Positions 1 through 19,153 of a DNA stretch of 64,000 nt are shown piece by piece. Every line of letters starts with the position of its first letter. Within the stretch, counting starts at the first letter, position 1. The notes beneath the pieces are model-generated. The model saw nothing but the letters and a program-made list of their open reading frames with translations, was not told where the DNA came from and searched no databases. The stretch spans positions 11,346,001 through 11,410,000 of the forward strand of contig NC_059436.1 in assembly GCF_021028975.2 (NCBI RefSeq), written 5' to 3'. The DNA is from Sphaerodactylus townsendi. Taxonomy: Eukaryota. A program made the translations under genes and the position numbers.

Positions 1-680
1 GCTTGGCACGCCAAGTTCTTCACAGGTAGCCTTGACCAGCTGCAGTTTGCTTTTAGCTTTCCATAGAAGCCGGGGACAGAGGCTTCCATCTCAAGCATTA
101 CTGAGCTCGACTGGATTTACTTTGAACATGCTTAGTAGCCATCTGACTAGTAGCACAATTCTAGTGGTTTTTGTTGTTGCTTGGATTTACCACACTTTCA
201 CATAGGCTGAGTAATCCACTTTCAGTGTACTTTGCAACTGGATTTTACTGTGTGAAAGGTAAAATCCAGTTGTAAATTATTGCTAAAGGGAATTGAAAAT
301 GCATTATTTCACTTCTTTGCCACAATTGTGTTTAATTTAATCACCAAACTTGTTGCCTGCACTACTTTTCATTTCAAAACACAGTTTTGATGAAAACCTG
401 ATGTAATCTTTCATTTTAAAACAGTTCTGTTTGAGAAGACTCGTTTTAATCGTGCATGAGTATGTGTATAAGTGCCATCAAGTCGCTTCCGGCTCAGGGC
501 AACTCTATGAATGAATCGGTGTCCTCCAAATCATCCTATTGCTGTCAGTCTTACTCTGCTCTTACAAACTGTGGCTTCCTTTATAGAGTCAGTCTCATGT
601 TGGGTCTTCCTGCCACCTTCAAATTTTCCCAGCGTTATTGTCATTTTAATTACTGTATGGCATCTGGCTCTTCTTTGCAG

Positions 681-2139
681 AACCCATGGCAACGCTTGGT
701 GAAGAGAATGACTCGTTTCTTTCTGAAGCTGGATGCTCCTCAGTCATATAGCGTCTTGAAGGAGGTTTGTGAAAAGATGGGCTATAACTGGAAGAAAGCT
801 TGCACGAACCAGGTAAAGACACTTTGAAATTGACATCCTTTGGCCATGAGATAGTTATGCGGAGTGACCTTCAGCCAGTTCTCCTCTGCATTTGCTTACC
901 AGTGTTTTTTCCCCTTACTTCTAAAGCAATATTTATTTTTCCTTGCTAGGTCACCATATCAACCGTGGATAGAAGAAACAATAAACTAATTTTCAAGGCA
1001 AATCTGGTGGAAATGGAAGACAAAATTCTTGTGGATTTCCGTCTGTCAAAGGTAAGTGAAATTAACATTAACCTGAATTCTAAGGAAAGTTTCAATTCCT
1101 ATAGCAGATGTTCTGAAGTCAAAACAACATACTGAAGTCAAAGCAAAGCATCATTGTGATGTGGTGCAGTATAAAACGTGATCTGACCAAAGCATTCTTG
1201 TAATCTTGACATCCTACAAACTGAGGAACAGTGGATGCTAATCATTCTTAATGTCGGAAGTCATGAATGGTACTAGTGTTCCAAGCTATGGTAGACCTTC
1301 AGTAGTGCAAACAAAACTGAAAGATATTTGAACTAATTTCTGATGAAGTGTGTTTTGTAAAAACATTATTTATTCGTTCGATTTATATCCCGCCCACCCC
1401 TGCCACAGTGGGGCTCAGGCCAGCTGACAACGAATGTAAAATACAGCAATTTGAAAACTTTCCATCCTTAAATAATATAAATCTAAAAACCCAATAGAGC
1501 ATCTAATAAACCTGGAGTCTTCTAATGGTGCAGATGACCACATTTAAAAAATCAGCTCTCCTGGTATTGTATGGGGCAACCTGGAAAACATTTGGCCATA
1601 GGAGGCAACAGTAATGAAAACAAGGGGAGGGAACCTCAAATGAAAACCAGTTAGCTGGTGGCATGGAAAATAGTATACACCTGGTGGAACACCTGTATGA
1701 GGGGGTGGGGCAAGTGAATTGTATTAGCCTGAAAGTTACTTTATCCTAGTTTATAGAAACTCTGTCTAATAGGCCTGATGGAAAAGCTGTAAGTTGAGAG
1801 ATGGGGATTGTGTTGACCTCCCAGTTTATAGAAACCCCAACTAATACATGTCAGGCTGCTGACCGCCATCATGTATTTCCAGATAAACAGTCTGTCGAGC
1901 CTTTCTCACATTAATCGTATCTAGCCTGAAGGTGGGGCTCCCAGGGAGATAAAGGCTTTTGGAATATTGTTCCATCTCCTCAGCCTAGCATATGCACCCC
2001 ATTAATTCAATGATCGTGTGTTGTATTTTTTTTTTCGGTGTAGGGTGATGGTTTGGAGTTCAAGCGGCATTTCCTGAAGATCAAGGGGAAACTGAGTGAC
2101 GTTGTCAGCGTGCAGAAGCTGTGGCTTCCCACCACATGA
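681..2139 (+). CDS. CHEK1: Checkpoint kinase 1, last three coding exons (C-terminal KA1 regulatory domain); 5'-partial
   Basis: Exons 681-812 ([19 protein letters not shown]...KKACTNQ), 950-1051 ([34 protein letters not shown]) and 2044-2139 ([31 protein letters not shown]). All have AG/GT boundaries in phase 0 and match the known CHEK1 C-terminus. Confidence 0.97.
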
Positions 2140-3370
2140 TTGTGTTTGAAGTTGAAAGCTGCTCAGTGTTGGATCTTGTCACTCTGACTTGGTGTCTTCT
2201 GCTGAGAGACAGTTATGCCTGCCACAGTCTGGACTCAAGAGTTCGATGGTTTGCTTGGTTAAGTGAAGCCATTCACTGGTGGTGACAGGAATAGAAATAA
2301 TCTGCATATAATACCGCACCGACTACTGTAATGGGGCAAAGTTTTGCTGCCGCATTTCAATCCGACTGTGCTCATGATAAAGCTGCCAGTGCCTTAACTT
2401 ATGTGAAGTTCTTAGAATTATTTTTGTAACGCATTCAAGACCCAAATACTTGTATTCCTTTCAATCTCCAAACTGCTGCAATCACAAAACAATGCAAATT
2501 GAAGCCTGGAGCAAGCTGCGGCATTCATGTTTTGAAAATTTCGACAAAAGTTCACTTTTTGTAAATTTGATGGTACTAGTATATGAAATATTAGGAATGT
2601 AGAATGAGATCCCTAAGCTATTGTTTGGTTTATAATAGTTTGTGGATATCTGAATGAAGCAATGCTTCTAGTCCTTCAGTTTCATATTGGTTCAGTCTAA
2701 GGCGCAAAGCTAGTCAATATGGCAACCCCCAAAGCATCGCTTTTCACTGTGGGGTCCTTAATTCTGCTTGGAATTGCATCATTTGAAGTGGGGAACGAGG
2801 AACTGTTTTCTGTGTCCCCCCCCCCCTCCATTTTGATGCCATATTGGGGGACCACCAGATGCCATATTGGGGTTTGGGGGAATACCAGCCCCCACCCCAC
2901 CCCCCTGTGCTGCAGTTTCTAGAAAGATCATGCCTCCCACGGTGTTTTAAGGAGTTTTTTTTTTTAATTAAACATAGCTGTGAAATGGTGCTGTCTCTCT
3001 GTGATGGACTCAGGGATGCTGCATTATCTAGTTCGGTCCTAAGAAGAACATAAATCAGAACTGCAATGATTGTTAGAGGGCCTTGTCAAATTTTCTACTC
3101 TTAGATCAGTATTCAGCGGCACACACATCCTTCCCGCCAAAATCTGACAGAACCCATTTAGCCTCTAGAATAGTGGTCTCCATTCCATTATTGTCTTTTC
3201 TTTGCTCCAGGTGTATTTCAAATAGATGCCCCAGGGTCATTTTAGTGATGCCTTATACCTCCACTCCAAGAGACAGGAACCATGCTTCTGGCAGATCATA
3301 TTAAAGAACAATAATGTGAATTTTTAAATTTGCGTGTCGTGAAAAAACTCTGCAAGAAAACACGTTACAT

Positions 3371-3376
3371 AATAAA
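3371..3376 (+). terminator. Candidate CHEK1 polyadenylation signal AATAAA
   Basis: AATAAA about 1.2 kb after the CHEK1 stop, followed by T/GT-rich sequence. Confidence 0.5.
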
Positions 3377-3480
3377 GAATATTTCAACTTGAAATGACTC
3401 TCTGATTGTTTTGCACAGAATTCTGCTTTGGTTCTCTCTGTTGCTGGAAATCTACACAGTTTGAATCCAAATGGGGAAGA

Positions 3481-5088
3481 TCATGGTAATGTCTTTCTGT
3501 TGCAAAATTGGGTAATTGTTCGGACAACACGTGGAAAAATTTGTAGAGGGACACATTTTAGGCTGAGAGAGTTGAAGCACTTCCCTCTACGTATGATAAA
3601 TGGAGAGGTGCCTGGGTGTCTTGACAGCATGATGATTATATTTGGTCACCACCTGGAACTGGAATTGTTACAAAATCATACCATCAGGTATGAAACGTAT
3701 ATGCTGAATGCTTTTCCCATTTAGATGAGAAGGGGATTTAGTGGCATTTAATCCCTCCCATTCTCAGCAAGCTTTGATCACAGGATCCCTTATATTTTAA
3801 GTAAGGCTGGTTATCCAGCTTAGACCATTGATCAACTTTTATATATGAGACTGATATATTGTAAATTTGGTCCTTTTTAGGATGAACATAAGACATTGGT
3901 ATGGTTGTCATGGAATCATAGAGTTTGAAGAGACCCCAAGGGCCATCCAGTCCAACCCCCTGCAATGCAGGAACACATAATCAAAGCACTGCTGACAGAT
4001 GGCTATCCAGCCTTTCTTTAAAAACCTCCAAAGAAAGACTCCACCACACTCCGAGGTAGTGCATTCCACTGTCGAACAGCCCTTACTGTCAGGAAGTTTT
4101 TCTTGATGTTTAGGTGGAATCTCTTCTCCTTCACCTTGAACCCATTACTCCTGGTCCTAGTCTCTGGAGCAGCAGAAAGCAAGCTTGCTCCCTCACCAAC
4201 ATGACATCCCTTCAAATATCTAAACATGGCCATCATGTCACCTCTTAACCTTCTCTTCACCAAACTAAACATACCCTGCTCCCTAAGACTCTCCTCCTTG
4301 TCACAGTACTTCTGAGCTCTCTAAGCCTGCAGATCAAAATAACATCAGAATGAGATGGTAATGCTGTCTGGGTTAGTTGTTATGGACATTCCAACCTGCT
4401 TTGAATGCCCACACAGTGCCATTTTTCTGCTGGTCAGCTGATGTCTCTACCCTGATCTTTATTATTTGTCGAACAGAGACTGCAGACGCTCTTCAAAACA
4501 GTGGTACAGACTGCAACTACTGAGGTTCAGACCATCCAGTCGTAGGAGTTGAGGAGAAAACACAGCTGTGTCTCAAGGTAATCCAGGAAGTATTTTTCAT
4601 TAAAATAAAAAAGTAAAGGTACAGGCCATGGTTTTTTTTAAAAAACCATTCTATGGATTTTATATTCTGCAAGTGCTGGAGAAAAGTGCAGCATAATCAG
4701 TCAGGGATATATATTGCATACAATAATGATTAAGGAAACATAAGACGAAAATAAAACAAGATAACAGCTTATGCTAATTGCTTTGCATGTCTTGTGGTTT
4801 GTTACAAGTAGTAAAGAAGTCAAAACTAGTTCTTGTGAACTTAGTAAAGTGTCAATTCCAAATGTCTCTGTAAGTATTCTTTTGCTAGTTCATGCACAGT
4901 GTAGTCAGTCACTCAGTGTGAGCAATATACTGATGTGTTAATAGAAGGTAAATACCAGGACCTCCAGTTTTGTAAGGTTAGCAGCTATGATGGCTGTCCT
5001 CCTAATCTGACTCACATGACTGTCTAACTCACATGCAGCTGGAATGAGACTGAGAGCAGAGAAGAGAGCAGTGCGTATTTTGCCTCAT
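3481..5088 (-). pseudogene. Decayed ACRV1/PATE-like Ly6-uPAR (three-finger) gene
   Basis: Terminal exon 3652-3481 starts ag|GT GGT and, across frameshifts, reads ...KMCPSTNFSTCCPNNY/QFCNRKTLP*. This resembles ACRV1 MCPSMNLFS...CCRNQSFCNKI and the Ly6 CC..CN motif. A putative signal-peptide exon at 5088-5033 reads M/(G)KIRTALFSALSLIPAA with a 1-nt frameshift and a phase-1 gtgagt donor. It lies tail-to-tail with CHEK1, as ACRV1 does in mammals. Confidence 0.55.
3910..4298 (-). mobile_element. CR1 LINE, 3' fragment
   Basis: ORF 4018-4272 (FSLVKRRLRGDM..RYLKG..TRSNGFK..RFHLNIKKNFLTVRAVRQWNALP) is the CR1 ORF2 C-terminus, followed by a CR1 3'UTR/tail (ctatgattc). Confidence 0.92.
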
Positions 5089-5110
5089 GGACTCTGTCCG
5101 GGATGAAGGC

Positions 5111-5566
5111 CACTGGCGTTCCTGCCTAGGGACATGGGATACCCCTTGTCCCCGGGCGCATCGATTGAGGTCACGTGGGGGGCGCCAAAACATCCTCTGA
5201 CACAGGGAGGGATTGAGCAAGTCCTAGAAAGCAGGCATTGAAGCAGCAGACTGCTCCCAGTGCCTGTCGTAGCCCCGCCCACTCTGTACGGTGGCCTGGA
5301 GTGTCCAGGGGGCGGGGGAGAAGTCCCACTGGGCTCCCAGGAGCAGGACTAGGGAGCTCCGCCTCCCCTCCCTCTAACCCAGTGTGCCTTATTCGCCTTA
5401 AATTAAGTGTGGCATTGCTCAGAAGCCTTCTCCCTGGCAGCCGGGCGCTGTGCACAGGAAAAGGCAAGCTGAGCAGGGAGCCCAGCAGCAGCAGCAGCAC
5501 TGAAGATGATGCTGACTTGCTTGGTAAACCTTCAGATGGGGGGTGACTTGTGAGAGATTTACATGC

Positions 5567-5601
<35 letters not shown>

Positions 5602-6128
5602 TATTTATTTAATTTGTATACCGCCCGATCCCCGAAGGGCTTAAAAGTTAATTCCCACTTGCACTGGCTTGGAGCTGTTTCTCAGGCTAGCAGCCTACCT
5701 CACAGGGTTGGTGTGAGGACACAATTAGGAAAGTGGTGGGGAGAGAGCCATGCCTGTTTTGCTGGGGGGTAGGAGGTGATTTGTGAGAGATGATGCTGAC
5801 GTTTGCTTGGTAAACCTTCAGATGGGGGGTGACTTGTGAGAGATTTACATGCTTAAAAGTTAATTCCCACTTGCACTGGCTTGGAGCTCTTTCTGAGGCT
5901 AACAACCTACCTCATAGGGTTGGTGTGAGGACACAATTAAGAAAGAGAGTTGGTGGGGAGAAAGCCATGTATGTTTTGCTGGTGGTGGGAGGTGTTTTGT
6001 GAGCTGGTGCAAAAAATCATTGTTTGGTCGTTGTGGGGGAGGGTGGTCGTCCATACCTGGGGTGGGGGTGGGGGGGCACCAAACTCAGATTTTGTCCCCG
6101 GGCTCCAGTTTGCCTAGATTCGCCCCTG
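5111..6128. mobile_element. Non-autonomous hAT DNA transposon with 8-bp TSD
   Basis: Ends CACTGGCG...CGCCCCTG. ATGAAGGC is duplicated at 5103-5110 and 6129-6136. It carries an internal direct duplication (about 5505-5790 vs 5789-6000). A related left end is at 33924. Confidence 0.8.
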
Positions 6129-6290
6129 ATGAAGGCACAACATGCCCTGACCTGCTTTCACTAGGGAAAAGCCCTCCTATGCTACTTGTATGACTTCCAT
6201 TCTGCCGGCATCAACAGCTCTGCTGGGTCAACCTGAAGTTAAGGGCTACAGTAGGTTTTAAAGGATGAAAAATCATCCTTTCCCCCCTCA

Positions 6291-6381
6291 NNNNNNNNNN
6301 NNNNNNNNNNNNNNNNNNNNNNNNNNNNNNNNNNNNNNNNNNNNNNNNNNNNNNNNNNNNNNNNNNNNNNNNNNNNNNNNN
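6291..6381. other. Assembly gap (91 N)
   Basis: Run of N in the sequence. Confidence 0.99.
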
Positions 6382-7631
6382 ATATTGTGCAAGCAGTTTT
6401 ATCTGTTTAAATTTGGTGATGCAGTTTTAGACAGAAGATAGCCACCACTTAGTGCCTGGGACAGAAACAATGCCCTTTACTTGGGATGTAGATGACAAGA
6501 CAAATGGAAGTGTCATTTATTGCATCTTGCAAGCCCAGATGTCTATTATTGCCATAGCAAATTTGGAAAGGATCTCGTGGGAGTCGAATCCAGCCTCTGG
6601 AATCAAGGCTGGATGTTCTGTAAGTAAAGTACAGATCAGCAACTGGCTGTACTGCCAAGTATACTCTTCTGAAGAGTCTGCCCCTTTTCCCCAACCCAGT
6701 TGCCCACCCAGGGGCAGGGTTTGTGGAGGGAGCAATATCTCTAGCATCCTGCTTTCATCGGGGTGTGTGTGTGTGTGTGTTGTAATGATGGGGATATTGA
6801 CCACGCGTTCAATATCTCCTGGCAATGACCATTTGGTAAAATGGGTTCTAAAAGCACCTCCAACAGACGCAAGGACTACTTGAAAACCAGCACCACTATT
6901 TCTCACTGTCCTAATCACTAAACCAGTACTTTTTGTTGTTGTGTTTTATACCACTTTGCCAATGACAAGTCCCTCCGATTGGAGTGGAGTTGTGATCTAC
7001 CTTTTTGTCCGCACTGTCCTGTTGTATTACTATACTAGATACGCTGTTAACTTTAAGTATGTGAGGTAAAATTATTTTTGGAAGCATTAGTGGGGTCTCC
7101 ACTGGGAAGAACCCCGAATCTCTCCCTTGAAATGCCTATTCCTGTTACGCCACAAAAATAATTTATTTTACATTAAAAGGCTCTTTTCTCTACCCACTAG
7201 TAGTGCTTGGTCACTGTATTCAAAGGGCGAGTTTCCTGCATAAATCCCCTGCTTATGTTTTGATGACTGATTAAGATGTTTGGTTTTCTGCCTTGATGCA
7301 GAGAAGTAGAGACTTTCTGTAATAGGAAAGTATTAGTCAGTTTAGGGTAGGGTTTTCCCCACCCCCCTTTGTTTGGAATAAGGTTGTTCTGATCAGCCAG
7401 GCGGCAACTTCTTCCTCCTCCTCTCTTCCAGTGCTATGAGGTGTTCTTGGCAATGACACTTGTCTTCCTTCCAAGACACACTGGCGTCATTTGCAGTCCC
7501 ATTCAAAGCAGAGTTACACCCTCCTAAGCCAGTGGACTTAGAAAGGTGTAACTAGGTAAAGAATGGTGGTGTTGGTGATTTAGACAGAATGCTAATAATG
7601 ACCACATGCTCTGAATTACAACCGACTAGTG

Positions 7632-7670
7632 CCATGGTGGCGAACCTTTGGCACTCCAGATGTTATGGAC

Positions 7671-7701
<31 letters not shown>

Positions 7702-7814
7702 TATTTGACTTAATATACCGCCCAATCCCCGAAGGGCTCAATTAGCCATGCTGGCAGGGGCTGATGGGAATTGTAGTCCATAACATCTGGAGTGCCAAAG
7801 GTTCGCCACCACTG
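7632..7814. mobile_element. hAT MITE with a nested (ATT)n-tailed LINE stub
   Basis: TIRs tggtggcgaacctttggcactccagatgttatggacta / tagtccataacatctggagtgccaaaggttcgccaccactg. Flanks gactagtg / gactagta give a 7/8 TSD. Confidence 0.8.
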
Positions 7815-8159
7815 GACTAGTATGTTTGTGTTGTGGTGGTGCACTAGTTAGAATATTGGACTAGGTCTAGCAAGACTTAGGTTCCGATCCATGCTTCCCG
7901 TGAAAATTTGCTCAGCTATGCTCTCTCTAAACCCAACCAGTGAACAGAAGGAAGAAGACTTACATGTGCATCTCAGAGGAAGGGAAGACTGCAATTTAAA
8001 TAAATGTTTATCTGTCATGCAAGGGACTGAGTGGGGTAGGGTAAGGCAGGTTTCCACACTTGCGGGAGCTTGAAAATTATACACACAGCCTGTTTATCTG
8101 TTCAGAGATCATTATTTTTGCATTTATTGTTGTCACCTAACTTTGGGTCTGATTGTATA

Positions 8160-8510
8160 AAAGAAGAGTTTGAATGTATACCCCCCTTTCTCTCCTGTAA
8201 GGACACTCAAAGGGGCTTACAAACTCCTTTTCCTTCCTCTACCTACAACAGATACTTTGGGAGGTAGGTGGAGCTGAGAGAGTTTGGTGAGAACCGTGAC
8301 TAGCCTGAGATCACCCAGCCTTCATTGCATAGGAGCAGGGAAACAACTCTGGTTCAACAGAGCCCTTAGGGGATGGGGCGGTCTACAAATATAATAATAA
8401 ATAAATAAATAAATAAACATATAAAGAGTCCACCACTCATGTGGAGGAGTGGAGAATCAAACCCAGTTATCCAAGTTAGAGTCCCCCTGCTCTTAACCAC
8501 TGCACCACAC
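8160..8510 (-). mobile_element. Squam3-like tRNA-derived SINE interrupted by an L2 3' end
   Basis: Reverse complement of the gtagtggttaagagc...ctcttctt SINE seen at 22864. An L2-like stub lies at about 8360-8420. Confidence 0.7.
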
Positions 8511-8869
8511 AGGAAAGCAAAAGAAAGGTGAAGTACCATATATAAATATTCAGAATGAATAAACATTTGAAATCTTTCATTTATTAATTAAAATATTTTA
8601 CCTCACCTTTTCTCCATGACTTGAGGCAGGTTACCTGTTTAGAACATGCAAAACACAGGAAAACTATGCCCTGCTATACGGCAATACTAGTTTGTGATTC
8701 ATTGCTACCCTTCCAGTTTAAGGTGTAAATCACAACACCAATTTCTAGAAAATAACTCCTTTTTGTTACCCTTAAAATGCTGTCTTTGTTGAGATTTAGG
8801 CCAGGGACTTGCTATCGGCAACACATTGGATAACAGTGAGGGGGCAAAAGATGTCAGCATTTTTTCTTA

Positions 8870-9010
8870 GGCTGATTCCCCATGGGCCCAAAAAAAGCAG
8901 TGTGAAAATGGTGTGAAAACAGTATAAACCCTTTTACACCGTTTTAAACCCTTTTACACCATTTTCACACCATTTTCACACTGCTGTTTTTGGTCAATGC
9001 GGAATCAGCC
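8870..9010. mobile_element. Palindromic PIF/Harbinger-type MITE with TTA TSD
   Basis: tta|GGCTGATTCC...GGAATCAGCC|tta, with near-palindromic interior (gcagtgtgaaaatggtgtgaaaa / ttttcacaccattttcacactgc). Confidence 0.8.
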
Positions 9011-9074
9011 TTAGTGAGTTTTTCTTTCCCACTCTGTAAGTTTGTGTTTCTTTTCTTTGCCTTCCAGATACTGG

Positions 9075-16309
<7,235 letters not shown>

Positions 16310-16713
16310 TCCGTATACTGACAACCAAAAGCAAGATACTGTCAGCTCTTAGTAAGGTAGGCGACTCTCCAGATGGCAAAATGAAGCATTACTGTCTCCA
16401 CAACTTGTTCTTGATGTGCCTGAGGTCTGTCTACTGCCCCGACGTGTGAAACTTTAAAACTCCTTGACTTGACACAACCTTCCTTGGACCCTCCTGACTT
16501 GGGCACGAAAACTTGTCTGCATCAATGCAATGTCTTTTTCTATTGAACGTTGTCTCTGCTGGGAGATTTGGTTGTTCTCCTTGGGCAAGAGTTTGCTACT
16601 AGTGCTTTTTGTATTCTGTAACTGTTTTGACTGAAACATGACGTTTTTAAATGACTTGAAGCTCTAGTTTTCTAGTCCTTCCTTTATACACTGTTTTATA
16701 TGTCTGAAGCTGT

Positions 16714-16719
16714 AATAAA
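16714..16719 (+). terminator. FAM118B polyadenylation signal AATAAA
   Basis: AATAAA about 400 nt after the putative stop, followed by GT-rich sequence. Confidence 0.6.
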
Positions 16720-16982
16720 AAAGCTGTTCATTTGTCCCTTGCGTGGGTGAGCTTGAAGTTACCCAACCCGATAGTGCTGCTTTTGCTTTCCAAGTTGGGA
16801 GTCAAAAGATGTAATGCTAGAAGATGTTAATAACGTTAAAAATATTTACTTTCAAGGAACTTTCTCCATTAAACCGCTAGGTAGTTCAGTACAACACGAG
16901 TCATTGAACAGAAGACTAGTCCCCTGGGATGGCTGGGTGAACGGAGGGTCTGAGATGAGAACACTTCTGCAGCTTCTTCTGC

Positions 16983-17270
16983 AGCCAGCACGCGTAGTGG
17001 TTAAGAGCAGGTGGATTCTAATCTGGGAAACTGGGTTTGATTCCCCACTCCTCCACCTGAGTGGTGAAGGCTTATCTGGTGAACCTGAGTGGTGAAGGCT
17101 TATCCTACATTCCTGCTGGGTGACCTTGGGTTTGTCTCAGTTCTTTGGAACTCTCTCATCCCCACCTATCTCACAAGGTGTCTGTTGTGGGGAGAGGAAG
17201 GGAAAAGGAGCTTGTAAGCCACCTTGAGTACAGGAGAGAAAAGTGGGATATAAATCCAAACTCTTCTTCT
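16983..17270 (+). mobile_element. Squam3-like SINE
   Basis: tRNA-like head (gtagtggttaagagc...gggtttgattcccc) and (CTT)n tail. It has a small internal duplication of cctgagtggtgaaggcttatc. Confidence 0.85.
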
Positions 17271-17538
17271 CGTGGAAGGCCTGCTTTTCTGTATGGCTCA
17301 TTTTATGTGCAGCAAGGCCCAGATTCTGACTCCAGCATATCTCGTTTATCAGATGTAAATTATCAAGTACTGAAAGAGGCTTTTCCTCTTCCAGCAATCA
17401 TGGACGAGATGGCCCAACTTCTTAATTCAGTATAAGGCAGCTTCATAAGAAGACGACTGAAATCTTCCAGTAGTTACTTGCTGGCTTTCTCTCACTGCTT
17501 TTGCTGACAAAAACACAGCAGTTTTTTTAAAATTAAAT

Positions 17539-17544
17539 TTTATT
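17539..17544 (-). terminator. Candidate SRPRA polyadenylation signal
   Basis: TTTATT on + (AATAAA on -), about 1.6 kb after the SRPRA stop. Confidence 0.55.
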
Positions 17545-19153
17545 ATATAAATTACTTTTTTTTCGCAGACAGCATTCAACTTATTGCACTAGATAGCACA
17601 TCTGCAATACCAAGCTACAAGACGTCTTCATAGAGAGTTTTGTCTTATTCAACATAGCACTTTATTACCAGGATCAAGAGGCACTCTGAAGGGAGGGGAC
17701 AGAAAAGCAGCAAGCGGCCACCAGCATTTTCCTAGCAGGAAATTCCTTTCACAGACCGGTTTGGAAAAGCAAACAAAGCCAGTTTAGAGTGGGGAAGCAT
17801 GCAGATAACTTGTGCTGGCCATTTATATTATGAAGTTTGCTGATGAAACAAGGTTTGGGAATGAAGGTACAGAAAACTTACCCTGTGGAAGAAAAGAGGA
17901 GAATCAGCATGGACTGGCCCCAGCCTTTTCCAGTGATATCAGAGCTAGAGCCAATTAGCATAAACAACCCTTTCTGGGGCCAGACAGGTCATCCCCTTCC
18001 CACACTTGGATCGGACTCTGCAGGGGAATCGGGGAAGGGGGCCATCCGACTCGTTCCGTTTTGAGCACAAGCTTCCGTTTCACCAACCAGCACATGCCGT
18101 TGGTTTGGCATGCATGATTTACAGCTCGTGCTCCACAGTGAATTACGGACAAGTTCAGCCCAAGCCCTGCTGGCTACATCCAACCGCGTGGGCCACAGCT
18201 GTGTGAATCAGCTGGGGTTTAGTCCAGTAAAAAGGTGGGGCAAGCAGCAGCTCTTGGATCAGGTGGAGAGGCGTTATTAGAAACAAGGGACTGCGAGGAC
18301 CTGCGCTGTGCGAACACCATGGTGCGGGGCTATGTGTGGACGGCCCTGCTGTGAAGAGTCCCACTGCCTGTGGGAAGCAGGACCTTTTAAGGCATCAGTA
18401 GCCCCCCCTCCCCATCCTTCCCTCCCAAAGCTCCTCTGTGAGCAGCAGGGCTGACTGTTGCCATTTTTTTCCTTTTTGGTTTGAAAGCTTTGGTGAGCCA
18501 CTACGATCAAAGCAAGCAGCAAGGGTTATGTTTGATCTGCTAGAACTGGCAGTTGGCAATGTCTATATCCATTCTACAGCAGCCAATTAACTGCAAGGAA
18601 ACAGGAAAAAGCAACCCCTCCCACCCCCAATTCTTCCTGAAGCACATTCTTGAGTGGTTGCAGAAGCCCACAAGAATCTCAGCTACATTTTAAATGCCTA
18701 GTTAGTGGCAGAGTATTCCGCCACCCCACTAACTAGGATGAACAAAGCTCTTGTTTTCACCTCTGCAAGTAGAATGAAAGGACACAGGGGAAGAAGGCTA
18801 GCTGGCTGCATTAACAAGATCATGAGGTTCCTATTGCCAATGAACACTTCTAGCTAGAGCAAGACACCCCCCCCCAAACTGCCCCCTCTCCCCCAAGCCA
18901 AGATGTGTGACCAGAATCAATAATTTCAAATCAGCAGAACATGATTGAAGACAGACCTCCCTGGCCAAATAAAACCCACTCATCCCATAAAGGAAGGTGT
19001 GCATTATTGAAACCAAGAGGAAGAACATGTCAGGGAAGGGACGAAGCAGCAGCCCCTTTCTCCAGCATCCCTCCGCTCTGCCTGCACTGTGTCAGCAAAA
19101 AGAAAAAGAGAGACAGACATCTGCAAACAGGAATTTGGTGCAATAACTGGTGG

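Noticed and set aside
4477-4577. AG...GT-bounded plus-strand segment resembling an extra CHEK1 exon
   Set aside because: Stops in all three frames and lies downstream of the likely poly(A) signal.
5171-5500. ORF beginning LLLLLGSLLSLPFPVHS, resembling a signal peptide
   Set aside because: Starts at GTG, comes from a (CAG)n run, and lies wholly inside the TSD-flanked hAT element.
6382-7140. Overlapping 130-140 aa ORFs on both strands after the gap, considered as an endogenous viral element or RPUSD4 exons
   Set aside because: No recognisable motifs in the frames examined, they contain a (GT)n repeat, and the sequence looks intronic.
16983-17050. Possible tRNA gene
   Set aside because: tRNA-like A/B boxes form the head of a multi-copy SINE.
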